Part shown: positions 1-13,546 of the stretch, in pieces
How the letters are laid out: the number at the start of each line of letters is the position of its first letter
Numbering within the stretch: the first letter of the stretch is position 1
Source of the DNA: the human T2T-CHM13v2.0 reference genome, Homo sapiens
Direction: 5' to 3' (one strand)
Assembly (NCBI RefSeq): GCF_009914755.1
Contig: NC_060935.1
DNA: 64,000 nt
Translations under genes and position numbers: made by a program
The notes under the pieces: model-generated
The model's input: the letters and a program-made list of their open reading frames with translations, nothing else
What the model was told of the DNA's origin: nothing
Database searches by the model: none

Positions 1-42
1 TGTATATTTGATTATGGCAGTCCTAGCAGACTAATGTACATA

Positions 43-420
43 CAGTTGATCCTTGAACAACTGAATATTAGTTTGAACTAATATGGGTCCACTTGGGTTT
101 GAACTGCTAGGGTAGACTTGTGGATTTTTTTCAAAAAATATTACATCAAGTGTGCCTACATATCCTGTTTCCCCTTCCACCTACTCCACCTCTTCCACCT
201 CTGCCATCTCTGAGACAGTAAAGACAAACTCTTCCCCTTCCTCCTCCTCCTCAGCCTACTCTAGGTAAAGACAATGGGAACGAAGACCTTCATGATAACC
301 CACTTCCACTTAATGAATAGTACATGTATTTTCTCTGTCTTATGATTTTCTTAATAACATTTTATTTTTTCTAGCTTACTTTATTGTAAGAATTCAGTAT
401 ATAATACATATAACATTTAG
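43..420 (+). mobile_element. Tigger2-family (MER28-like) DNA transposon fragment
   Basis: TA followed by CAGTTGATCCTTGAACAAC (Tigger2-type terminus), then typical internal sequence (ccacttccacttaatgaatagt...ctagcttactttattgtaagaat). The right end is missing and joins directly to a MaLR LTR. Confidence 0.7.
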
Positions 421-680
421 AAAAAGAGGCTTCATGCAGTGTTCGTCTAGCTTGCCCTTCAGCCTTTGGCCATGTGAGGACACTGCATTCCTCCACTCAG
501 CAGGATGCAGCAGCTGGGCGCCATCTTGGAGACGGAGAGCAGCCCTCAACAGATACTGAATCTTTTGGTCCTTTGTTCTTGGACTTCCCAGCCTCCATAA
601 CCGTGAAAAAATAAGTTTCTGTTTTTTATAAATTACCCAGTCTGTGGTATTTTGTTATAGCAGCATAAATAGACTAAGAG
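421..680 (+). mobile_element. MaLR LTR (MST/MLT1A-like) 3' part
   Basis: gccatgtgaggacac...ggacttcccagcctcc...aaattacccagtctgtggtattttgttatagcagc...gactaaga, the typical MaLR LTR 3' half. Confidence 0.75.
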
Positions 681-2849
681 AAAAACCAAATCTATTGTTT
701 TGTTTTACAAATGAAACTAGAAGATGTGTGCTGCTTCATGATTCAAGTCCTGGTTTTGTTGCTATTCTGGAGCACCAAAGAAAGAGTCACCATTGATGTC
801 TGTTCTATGCAAGAGTGGAACCCTTCAAAAAGGAACAATTATGCACCATTACCAAAGAAAGAATATTCCTCCAGCTTCTGCTCATTTTCCACACTGTTCC
901 ATCTGTCTGAAACTCTTAGCATTATGATGCACTCCAGTCCGTTGAGAGTTTTATAGTGTAACCAGCAATGGCACCAATGATTACTCTGAGAAAAACATGG
1001 CACATGGGAGAGTCCAAAAGCCTTTTATAAAGATAACACACCTGTGCCCTAGTGACCATGAGCAAAGAAAAATATCTCAAGGCCAATTCTGGCTTTCCAT
1101 TCTTATAAAGTATTCCTTAAATCATAAAGGGATCTGGTATTTGGCTAATGCGAGCACACAGAAGAGAAATAGCATTATAGCTGGAGTGTGAACCAATGCA
1201 AACCTTTGTTAAAGATGAGGAAACTGAGTCTCAGAAAAAGGAAGAGAAATAGTGAGCTAGTGTAGAGTTAGAACTAGGACTTCTATTGGGAACTTCTATT
1301 GGGATGGGGTTACATTTTGGATTGTTTATTGTTGGTAAGTAAGAAAACTATTAATTTTTTTCATTCTCTTCTGGGCAGATAAGCATATCACAAATGATGA
1401 TTTATATCCTGCTATCTAATATTTATCCCTTTTAATTTTCTTGCCTTAATATATTATTTATGATATGGAATAGTTGCAATTATGTGGGTTTTTCTTGTCT
1501 TGCTCCTGATATTAGTGAGAAGGCTTCTAATATTCTATCATTGGGAAAAACATTTTTTATAGGTAGGAATCCTTTATCAAGTCATGGAAATTTTCTTTTA
1601 TTCTTAACTTGCTAAGGGTTTTTCTTTTTTCTTTTCTTTCTTTCATTTGCTTGCTTGCTTGATTTGAGGGAGGAGTGTTGATTTTTTAAATATGGGAAGT
1701 TAGCACAATAACTAAGAGGTCTGTTTCTAGAGACCAACAGCCTAGATTTCAATCCTCGCTTCACTGTATACTGGTGGTGCATCCTTAAACAAGTTACTTA
1801 ACTGCCGTATCACTCAGGGAAATGTAAATATTACCTAACTAACAAAGTTGTGAGAATTAAATGAGATGATAGATATGAAGCTTATGGCACAGAAGTGCCC
1901 AGTATGTGTAACCTGACTACTAGTCAGCCTTGATTCTTATATTGGTATCCATGTCAAAGAGCTGCATAGAATCATGTGATCTTAGTTTGCATCTAGGCCA
2001 GCTGGTTCTCAGACTTTTAGATTATATACATTGTAACACAAATTATTTTAAGATCTGTGGTGAAGATATTCTTATCAGCTTTTTATTTACCATATAAGGT
2101 TACTAATAAAAGAAACAAAACATACAACTATAACAATGTTAAATGTGAAAAAAGTTCATTTAATGCCTTAAAATGAGGAAGAGTGCAATCTCAAAATAAA
2201 AGACGGCCTTCTAAAGTGAATAAATATGATGTTTTGGGGAATTTATTATATTGTTCTCCTTTTTCTCATTCACCACAGAGCAGTGAACATGACATGGATG
2301 GGTAAGTTTGGGAGCCTCTGACCCAGGCCCATCTCTCACCTAATGCAAGAATCATTCTTCCTCCTGCATCCCTCTCAGCCTCTGATGGACTCTTCCAGAA
2401 GTGAGGTGCTTCATTTCTGAACAATCTGGTTAAAAATTATTCTCTGAACTAGCTTCCTTATAACTTCAATTCACTGTTACTTGGATTGCTGTTTGGAAGC
2501 AACACTGAGTAAATTTGTTCTTGTTCAACAAATGCCTGTCAACTGTTGAGACAATATTTTTTCCCCCTCACCTCACAATCATCCTTACTTGAGAGTCAAT
2601 ATCCATGATACTTTCAACCTCTTCTTAACTGCATAGCCTTTAAGATCTCTTCACTTTGTATTTCTCTTCTCTGAATACAGTCAAGTTTCTCAAACTCTTT
2701 CTTAATTTGTAGAATCACCTCATTTACAACAATAGGATCTGGCATGATAATGGTTTAGTCAGGAACATTTGGTTGGGAGTGTGAATGTAACATGTAGCCT
2801 GCTCAGGTAGAAAAAATTCCTGGTTATGAGGGACTTCTATAAGAGGTAG

Positions 2850-4027
2850 TGTTATGGGATCTTTAGGATGCCAGTTTTCCGGCTAGAAACCTCTGTGGCT
2901 GGTGGTGCCTTTGTCTGAGTTCTTGTCCTGCATCCTGGAAGAATGAGGTATGCAGACAAGTGGAGGGTGAACAAGATGAAGGGGAGCTTTACTGAGCTCA
3001 GAGGAGACCTACAGTGGGTAGCTTCTCTTTGTAGGCAGGTGGGTAGCTCCTCTCTGTAGGTGGGTCATCTTGTGGAGTGTTCAGCTCTCAGCACAGAGGA
3101 GGTTCTGGAGAGGGTGGCTCCTTTCCGCCTACAGGTCCTCTTGTCCTCTCTGCACCTCTCACTGGAGAGGATAGCTCCTTTCTGTCTGTTATGTCCAGCT
3201 ATCACTAGAGGCAGTAGCTCCTCTCTGCAGCTGGTCCTTCGTTGTCTGTCTGTGTCCCTCCGTCCTCTGCCTTGCTCTGGCTGATCCCAGGGCTTTTATG
3301 GACATGAGAGGGGAGGAAGTGCATGCTGATTGGTCCATGGGTGGCCATGGGCAGGCCGGAAGAAGCACCACAAGTCCCCACTCTGGTCTGCGGGACTGGC
3401 AGTCTGTCCCCCAGCCTTCAGGCCCTCCCTGGCCCAAAGGTAGGGCTTTACCAGAAACTGCCCCTTCCACCCAGGAATCTGTCTGCCTCCCACTGGCATT
3501 CATGCCCCCAGGACTCTGCCCCACTTTGCTCCCAGATCAAAGGGGGCACTGACAGCTGGAGATGCCAGACACTGGGGGCAAGCACTTCTGAGCCTGTCAG
3601 GGGATGGGGGCCCAAGAGTGCAGGGATGCCTGAGTCTGTAGCCAGGTTTGGGTGGTGGCAGCTGGGAGGGAGGTGGGGCTCCTGCCCACTCAGTGGCCCG
3701 AATCAGTAGCAGCAGTTTGGGTGGCTGCGGCTTTGCCCAGGAGGGCAGGGATCCTGCCTGCTCCCAACCCTCCAAGAGCACAGGAAGCTCGGATCCACAG
3801 TCGCAATTTGGGCAGCCGCAGCCCCGCCCAGGAGGGCGGGGCTCCTGCCTGCTCCATGGTGCAGGCTGGGTCTGCAGGCGCGGTTTGGGCACCTGCGGAG
3901 CTCCCGCTCCCACTCAGAAGGGGTGGGGCTCCCACCTGCTCCATGAAATCTGCAGTCCCAGCTGTTCCTCCCTGCTGCAGCTGGCATGATGGCAGCGGCA
4001 AGCCACCTGGAGCAGTAGCTGCCATCA
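2850..4027 (-). mobile_element. MER52-family ERV1 solo LTR
   Basis: GC-rich 1.18 kb element bounded by TG...CA. The minus strand starts TGATGGCAGC as recalled for MER52. Perfect 4-bp target-site duplication GTAG at 2846-2849 and 4028-4031. Internal gtagctcctctctgcagg repeats at about 3010-3235. Confidence 0.8.
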
Positions 4028-4487
4028 GTAGCTCACCTTGTTTTGAGGTTAAGAAGCAGTTTGAAGGAGCTAGTGATTAAAAATATAGACTTTGGCATCA
4101 GACAGAATTGGCTTGAGTTCACGTGCATCTTTGAATAAGTTTCTTAACCTCTCTAAGTCCAAGTAAGGTTTAAATGATTATATTTATGAAGATCTTAAAA
4201 TGGTGCCTGGCATATAGCAAATACTAAATTAATGTTACATAATCTTTCTATTCTTATTCATTTTAAGCATCAGCATCTTAACTGCAATTGTTATTTGGGT
4301 GCAGCCTGTCCAGAAATCTATTTATAATAATGTCTGGGAATATTCTTTAGCTCGACATTATACAATAATTTAAAAAAAGGCTAAACTGAGAATATCTGAG
4401 TCCACATTATGGAATGGGAAACCACAGTGAGTTTAATTATATGGGTAACTTCAGGATAACCATTTTTATTATTTATTATTAACTTTA

Positions 4488-5005
4488 ATTTTTTGAAAAA
4501 AATCCACAAGTCGACCCTAGCAGTTCAAACCCAAGTGGACCCATATTAGTAGATGGAAGGGGAAACAGGATATGTAGGCACCTACTCCAGAGAAATACAT
4601 GTATTTTCTCTGTCTTATGATTTTCTTAATAACATTTTATTTTTTCTAGCTTACTTTATTGTAAGAATTCAGTATATAATACATATAACATTTAGAAAAA
4701 GAGGCTTCATGCAGTGTTCGTCTAGCTTGCCCTTCAGCCTTTGGCCATGTGAGGACACTGCATTCCTCCCCTCAGCAGGATGCAGCAGCTGGGCGCCATC
4801 TTGGAGACGAAGAGCAGCCCTCAACAGATACTGAATCTTTTGGTCCTTTGTTCTTGGACTTCCCAGCCTCCATAACTGTGAAAAAATAAGTTTCTGTTTT
4901 TTATAAATTACTCAGTCTGTGGTATTTTGTTATAGCAGCATAAATAGACTAAGAGAAAAACCAAATCTATTGTTTTGTTTTACAAATGAAACTAGAAGAT
5001 GTGTG
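4488..5005. repeat. Near-identical local duplication of 77-730 (mosaic of inverted and direct pieces)
   Basis: 4596-5005 matches 321-730 with 4 mismatches seen in 410 bp. 4488-4550 is the reverse complement of 77-139. 4554-4581 is the reverse complement of 152-179. Confidence 0.95.
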
Positions 5006-5519
5006 TTACCTGTGTATCTTCTCAGGGAGGGCTGGAGACAGAGATCCTGGACCTTTCTCTCTCTCCTCCTCCTTACTTGCTCCTTCCCACAGTAGGAGGA
5101 ACGAATTATCTGCTGGATGTAACTTACAAGAACATAGCAGCAGTCGTAACTTTAGTAGGGGCAGGATAATGACAATAAAGAGTGGGCTTTTCTCTCTTCC
5201 TTTTTTGGGCTTCTTGCTGATGAGGAGTCAGCATGTGGGTAGGACACAGAGACCTGGCTCAGGAAGGTCAGCTGAATTCCCATTCTCTTAGTATTGGCTT
5301 CTTTATCACACTTGGACAACTAAGGTCAATCCTTTACCTCCAATTCAGGAGGAAGCTCCATGCTGGCCTCTGGTCTAAATCACTTTCTCCAATCTTTGGA
5401 AAAAAGCTAATTGACATTATGATTTAACTCTAATGTTAATCTATAATGATGGTAGCTATAACATGAGATTCTGATATCCATGTCCATTTCTTTAGCCATT
5501 GAATAATGAGTTATTAACT

Positions 5520-6600
5520 TATTCACCCACTCACTCATTCATACATTAATTTTGGAGATTTACTGCTCAATATTTGTTGAGTGCCTACTGTGTACCAGGG
5601 ACTCTCTTAGGCACTGCAGCTACAACAGTGTACAAAACAGACTAAAATATCTACCCCAGTGAGACTTACATTTTAGTAGGGAAGTCAGACCATAAATGAT
5701 GGAAATAAAATATAAAAGTATAAGAAATATAAAATGTGATATATGCTGCTAAGGAAAAGTAAAGCAGAGAATAAGGTTAGGAAGTGTTGTAACTGGGATG
5801 GGGTCATATTTTGGATTGGGTGTTCAGTAAAGGCATTATAGAAATGGGAAAGGACTGAAGGAAGAGAAGAAGCAAGATCTGAGCTACCTAGGGGATGGGT
5901 CCTGGTAGAATGAACAGGATGTGCACAGGCCAGGGTGGAGATGGCCAGTGTGGCTGAACAGGATTTTGACACTTCGAAAGCAAGAGAAGCCTCTGGAGGA
6001 TTTTAAGCACAGGGGTGATATGATATGCCCTATATTTTAACAGTGCACAGAAAAGATACAATTTCTGCCCTTGTGAAATTTATATTCTAATAGAGGATGC
6101 AGATGATAAACAAAATTAATAAGTAAAATTTATAGATGGAAGATGATGCTACTAAAGGAGAATAAGTGAGGGAGAGAGGGCATTTCGGCCACCATGTTGA
6201 GAACAGATTGTTGTGGGGCCTTAGAGAGAGTGTGAGTGTGGCTAGAAGAGGGACAAGTTAGAGGTCATTGCAGCAACTGAGGCAAGAGATAGTGAGAGTG
6301 ACTGAGAGCAGGATGGTAGCAGTGGAGGTGGTGGGACATGGCCAATTTGGGACATATTTAGAAGGCAGAGCCAACTGGTCTCTGCTGTTAGATTGAATGT
6401 ATGGTGTGAGAGAAAGAGAATTCAGGGATGACTCCGAGGTTTTTAGGCTAAGTGACTGGAAGGATGGCGTCTCCTTTAACTAAGAGGTGGAAGGAGCAGG
6501 TTTTGGAGAAACTAGGAGTTCGTTTTGAACCTGTTGTTTGCAAGGCCTAACATACATCCAAGTAGATATGTTGAGGGGGGTGAACTGGAGTTAAGACAGA
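5520..6600 (-). mobile_element. L2 LINE 3' region
   Basis: attcac/tcattc microsatellite-like tail, then gagtgcctactgtgtaccagg and degenerate purine-rich L2 body. Confidence 0.7.
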
Positions 6601-6689
6601 AAATTTGGCATGGATTTTTCCTTTTCAGGTCATGCTTATCTTGAGCCATCATTTTGCACCAAGAAGCAGTGAAGAGCATTAGTTCTACA

Positions 6690-7140
6690 GTATGATTCCC
6701 CGGGCTCAAGTGTGGCTTTAAAAGCTTTATGCTGTTCGGCAATTATTGAACCTCTCACTGCCTCAATTTTGTCATCTGTAAAATAGGAAATAATTGTGTG
6801 ACTCAGGATTGTTGTGTGAAAGAAATGAGTTCATCCCTTTCATGATCTTGGTATTGAGCATGGAATGAAATATTATTCAAAAAATTTTGAAAAAGTTATA
6901 ATAGCAGTAGCTAACACTAATATAGCCTTCATTTTATGCCCAACACTATTCTAGAAACTTTGTAATATATTAACTGATTTATCACTCAAAAAACCCTAGG
7001 AGGCTGATACTATTACTTCCTAATGGCATGGAGATGGCATGGATGGTTAAGTTACACAGGTAGCAGGTGGTAGAGCTGGAGTTCAATCCCAGGCAGTCTG
7101 GCTTCAAAGGCCATGAACTTTGATACCACACTGCACTATC
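6690..7140. mobile_element. MIR fragments
   Basis: MIR core motifs (cctcaattttgtcatctgtaaaatagg; ggtagagctggagttcaatcccaggcagtctggct). Confidence 0.6.
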
Positions 7141-7902
7141 TTTCCGACCATGTTAGCTATGGGTATTATTTTCCTGGGTTTTTCCTTCCTCTTATGAGAG
7201 CATCCATTCTTAATCTACTTATGAAGCGGCTCAAAGTTCACTTAGAGTCCAGTATTTATCAATTGTACTTCTAAGGCATATGGTTACCTTCAATATACTT
7301 TGCAAAATAAAATATCGAATTGCCCTAGGAATGACCCAACTCCCCATTTGCCAGGTCCTGTTGCTTCCTGTCCTTCTCTAATTTGAGCACTCCGTCTTCT
7401 GTATCGGGTGATAAGCATTCTGTCTTTGCAATAGCAATGCAGAGATTCAGGCCTGCCTACTTTAATGAGAAGAGATTCTTGGTTGAGATTCCATCTCCCA
7501 TGGCTGCTACCACTTGGGGGCATTCTTGTTTTACCATTTCAGGTCCACTGGTATGTGCACAATAGTTGCATAGCTAGGTGGTAACTCATAAACATTTGGG
7601 TTCACTCTTGCCATACCATATCATAAATAGAATATTTTATTTCTAACAGATATTTTAAACCTCTATCCAGCATCTTGTTAGGTAAAATATAATATTTTAA
7701 AAATGAAGCAAATGTTTTTTAATCATGTAAAGATTCCAAGTATTTAGTTATAATCATAGTATATGTACAATAACAAATTAAAGCAATGGCTTTGGCATGT
7801 GCTTGTGAAAATAACAGAACGAGATATTTTAAGGAAAAGTCCTAATTACATAATTGGAGTAAAAATGGACTCTTTGAACTCTCGCATAAATAATGATATA
7901 AA

Positions 7903-8213
7903 CCAGTGGTTGTCAAATCCGAGCATGGGCCAAATCCATTTGGGGCCTGTGAGCTAAGAAACCTTTTTATATTTTTAAATTGTTGAAAAAAAAGATGAAT
8001 GATATTTTGTGACACATGAAATCATATGCAGTGCAAATTGAGGCATCTATAAATAAAGTTTTATTGGAACATAGTCATACTTATTCACACAATATTGATG
8101 GCTGCCTTCACACCACAGTGACAGAGTTGAATAGTTGTGATACAGATCATATAGCCTGCAGAGTCTAAAATATTTACTATCTGCTCTTTGCAGAAAAAGT
8201 CTGTCGATCTCTG
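7903..8213. mobile_element. MER58-like hAT-Charlie MITE
   Basis: cagtggttgtcaaa...gggccaaatcc...aataaagttttattggaaca...aaatatttactatctg...gaaaaagtctgtcgatctctg. Confidence 0.7.
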
Positions 8214-8992
8214 ATGTAACCTAATAAGCAAATAATGCTCCAAGTGTCCTTGCTAAGGCCAGAGTTCTACAACAGGGTTTGTGTGCTCCTCTGTTCAGAA
8301 TAGGCAGAGACTTCATTTGGCTACAGATGCTGATTGCAATCAGAGGAGACAGTCAGGGGAAAAACATTCTGCCTAATTCCATATAACACTCCATTTTTAT
8401 CTTAATATGCGCTTCCTTTGAAAAGAAGATGGTTCTTATAAATTGTTGTTTTGTTTTCGAGAAACAAAACAGTCATGGATGTAGAAACACATCTTGAAAG
8501 CCTCAGTAAAAGAGGACTTTTGTTTTTCAGAATGAAAGTTATTTTATTATTTTCTCATTATAAAACCATATGTTTAGTGCAAAACAGTAGAAAAGCCACA
8601 GAGAAGCTAAACATGAAAGCAAAAACTACCTAAAAGCTCACCTCTCAGAAATAATCAGTTTGACATAAGTTTATCCTGTGGCTTAACAGAATTATTACAG
8701 AAAATTTTATTAACACAAAATATTTCGTTGCCAGCCTGGCAAAGGCAATCTGATGTTGGTGTGTATGCAGCTGAGGAGCCCTTTCCACGGTGAGGGTGGT
8801 CAGGTGGCCCACCTTCCTACTCCACAGGGAAGTCCATTGTCTTTTTGCAGGAAACTAGTAGGTCTGATCACTGTCTAAACTTCAGGTAGCTCAGTTTACC
8901 TTGGGGATAAAAGCAGGAAAATGTTCTACAGAAAGCATTGCATATGCATCCATTTATTTACTTTTCAACCAACCAATCCGTGAATAGTAAGC

Positions 8993-9461
8993 ATATTAGT
9001 TTTCCACTGCTGCTGTAACAAATGAACACAAATTTAATGGCTTTAAAACAGCACAAACTTTTTCTCTTAGATTTCTGGTGGTCAGAAGTCTCAGATCAAG
9101 GTGTTGGCAGAACTGTCTTCCTTCTGGAGGCTTTTGAGAAAAATACATTTCTTTACTTTTTCTAGATTCTAGAGGCCAAGTGCATTTCTTGGCTTGTGGC
9201 ACCTTCCTCCATTTTCAAAATACATCACTCCAATATCTGGTTTTGTGATCATATCTCCCTTTTTCTCAATATCTTGCCTCCCTTTTTTAAGGATCCTTCT
9301 AATTACACTGGGCCACTTGCTAATCCAGGATAATCTCCCACTTCAAGATCCGTAATTTAATCATATCTGCAAAATCCCTTTTGCCAGGTAAGGTCACATA
9401 GTCACAGGGTATAGGGATTAGGACATGGACATCTTTGGGAGGCCATTTTTCTGTCTACCAC
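8993..9461 (-). mobile_element. MaLR LTR (MLT1C-like)
   Basis: tattagtttt...gctgctgtaacaaat...caggataatctccc...gggattaggacatggacatctttgggaggcc. Confidence 0.75.
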
Positions 9462-11133
9462 AAGAAGTGAGCACCTGTTTTGTTCCAGACACTGAACTAG
9501 GCTCTGGGAAACTAGAGATGAAAAGCTGAATTCCAGGCCAGAGGTAACAGATATGGGGCAATGTGCAAATTCCACAGAGAAGGTGTCCTTTGCTGGAAAT
9601 AAATATTTGTTTTCCTCATCAACGTTATAATAAAATGATGTTATTCAGGAATCTGCTATATTGAGGAGAAATGAGTCTCTTTGTGTAAGATCCCATTGGA
9701 TTTCCCTGATGAGAATTTCAACCAAACAAGGTTTCAATGGGATTAAATGTAAGATAGTTTATGGGTAGAATTTATCCTCTGCTTTCAATCTCAGGGAATG
9801 TAATAAAAGGACAGAGCACGTTTTCTACTGTGCTGTAGAAATGACTCAGAAATTTGCTTACAGGTTTGACTCTAGGCTTCACCCTTCCCACTTAAAGTTA
9901 TTTATCCCCAACATGAAGGAGAGATCCAACTTAGGGTTCAAGATGACCTGAGTAATTGACATTTTCTACCGCAATGCAGTGTGCCGAATGCTGAGAAGGT
10001 GATACCAAAGGATTACTAGACCCTATGGTTAATATGAAGTAAAAAAGCATGTGAAACCCTCTGCCCTGTGTTTTTCTCCTACTTTCCTGAGATTTCCATC
10101 TCAAAGAAATTTAACATATCAAAGTGCAGTCAAGCCTAGAAAGATCATTCCTGATTTGGGGCAGATTCTCAAAAAGAGGGAAAGCTTTTTGGGTGAATGA
10201 GACATTTTAGGAAGTTATTTTAACTTGGGAAATAATAAATTCCATTACTAACAGAGCTATAGGTATTAGGCAGGTTAGTGTTTTGCATTAGATAGCAGGC
10301 TTTACAAACCAAAAGTAGATGCAAGTATTTAAGTGCATTAGTCAGAAATCTTTTGGTTTTAAATTACAAGAGGCCCATCTCAGAGTAGTTTAAAGTAAAA
10401 AAAAAGATTCATTGACTAACATGAGTGGGGGATTAAAGATATAATTCTGTATTCAGTCATGGCTGAATCTACAATTGAAGTAATGCCATTAGATTGTCTC
10501 TATTTCTGTATATCTTGACTCTGCATTCCTCTGTATTTGTTCTTTTTCAGCGTGGTGGCAAAGATGCATGCCGGTATCCTTAGGCATACATTTTCCTTTC
10601 AGCGAATGATTTCTAAACAAAAGGAGCACCATTTTCCCAGTAGCTCCAGGAAGAGTCCCAGGAGTGACTCTAGTTGGATTGGCTTAAGTCACATTCCCCT
10701 CCCTGAAGCTTTCAATTTTAAGAGGGATGTGGACTTTTATAAGTCAGGCCTGGGTCATGTGCCTATTTCATAAACTAGAAATAAGTTCAGTTCTCCAACT
10801 ACACGTGGACAAAAAATGGAGCAGGGATGCTTCCCCAAAAAGGTGCTAACTAGATAGAAGGCACTGATTCCTATTGGATGTGCTCATCTATGAGGGTTGG
10901 CTGCAGCAGTAGACATCACCCAGGGGTACCATAGGAAAGTGGTGGTGGATGCCCTGTGGTGACCAATATCTCTTACTTGTGAACATTCGTGAGAAACCCC
11001 CATCCCAGAAGTCCCCACAATACCATGCTAAGGGGCAAATTTGTTGGAAGCAAGGGAGGTTTTTCATCAGCAGATAAATAACCTGTGGAAGCCTGAGTTA
11101 CATGGGTAAAGCCATAAATTAAAATCAAAGTGA

Positions 11134-11516
<383 letters not shown>

Positions 11517-11963
11517 GTGATGTTTCTTTTATACTGTGCATGCTGCTGCTTGGAAAGATGGAAGCTGATTTATGGTGGTAGAAAGGAGCAAGTTAGTGAA
11601 GGATGAGAAGGAAGAAATGTGGAGGGGAGCTGAAGATGGGAAGAGCAGAGAACTGGTATGCATTTAGATTGAATTTAAAGGTCATAATTAAGGAATTTAT
11701 ATAAATATATATATTACACAGCAATAAGAAGTTTAAAAATGTTAGTCTTTCATTTATTGGTGCAGTTCTTGGGCACTGAAATAGATTCACTTCTCCACCA
11801 AAATGTCCTCTACTCTTTTTATGGGGGTCTTTTCAAACAGTTCCAGGCAAGCAGAAGAAGCAATCTATTTCCTGGACATATTTTCTGTTAAATAATAGTG
11901 CTGGAGTAACTCTTGAATTTAATGGATACTTTGTAGTACATACTCAGTTGGTTACTTCTATAA

Positions 11964-12425
<462 letters not shown>

Positions 12426-13114
12426 TAATTAATCTCCCTCAGTCCCTGTATTCCAATCTATAAACTAGATATAATAATACCTACCCAGAAGCTTGCTTTG
12501 AACAATAAAATAGGTAAAGACTCTGCAAAGTGCCTGGCACATTTTTGGGCATAAATAAATATTTGTGCAACAGACAAAACTTGTTGTGGAATCATAGAAA
12601 CGATAATCTCACATTTCAGTTGTCACACATTTCCCACAAATTTATCTATGGCCTGGTCTTTTTCATAAATTTCCATAGAGTGAGTGATTTATTAGGTGAA
12701 GCCCCTGAGAGTGGTGAGCTCAAAGAGGCTTTCAGGAAATACTTCCACCACTGGAATTTTAGTAGCCTGCTCCTTTTTCCAAATCCTATTTAGTCAGGGT
12801 TAAATATGCTGGACCATCAATCTGAATATAAATACATACTTATTTTTTAAAACCTCAGAGACAAATTACAAATTATGACCTATAAATGAACCCAGGGCAT
12901 TTCTGCTTCTTCTTGGAAGATTTCCAAGATGCCATTAAAGAGACTTGCAGTTGCTTATTAGTATATTTAAGCACTACCCTCTCCAGACTCACTATGCCAA
13001 GGAATAGTGGTTAAGAATTGATCTGCTTGTGGCCAGATGGGCCAGCAAAAAGTATAGCAAAAATCACTTAGGGAAGGTAGATATAACAATGTGTGTGATC
13101 TTATTGCAGATGGC

Positions 13115-13546
13115 ATTTATCTTAGTCTGCTTGGGCTTCATAGCAAAACACCATACACTGGGTGGCTTAAACAGTAAACAATTTATTTCTCTGGTCCCTG
13201 AGGCTAGAAGTCCAAGACCAAGATGCAAGCAAGGTAGATTTCATTTTGATGCCTCTTCTCTGAGTGGGTGCCATCTCATCGTGTGCTCACATGACCTCTT
13301 CTTTGTGTGAAAGAGAAGAGAGAGAGCTCTGGTGTCTCTTCTTCTTACAAGTATACTTATAAGAAGTATACTTCTCATACTTAAGAACTTACAGACTTCT
13401 TATGGTATGCATCATGGGGGCCCCACCCTCATGACCTCACCTAAACCCAGCTATCTCCAACGGCCCTACCTTCAAATGCTACCACATTGAGGGTTAGGGC
13501 TTCAACATATGAATCTCGGGGGGACACAAACATTCAGTCCACAACA
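13115..13546 (-). mobile_element. MaLR LTR (MLT1A-like)
   Basis: tcttagtctgcttggg...ctgggtggcttaaac...gggttagggcttcaacatatgaat...cattcagtccacaaca. Confidence 0.75.

Noticed and set aside
3060-4080. Cluster of overlapping 70-140 aa ORFs on both strands
   Set aside because: All lie in the GC-rich MER52 LTR, which is poor in stop codons; no recognisable domains.
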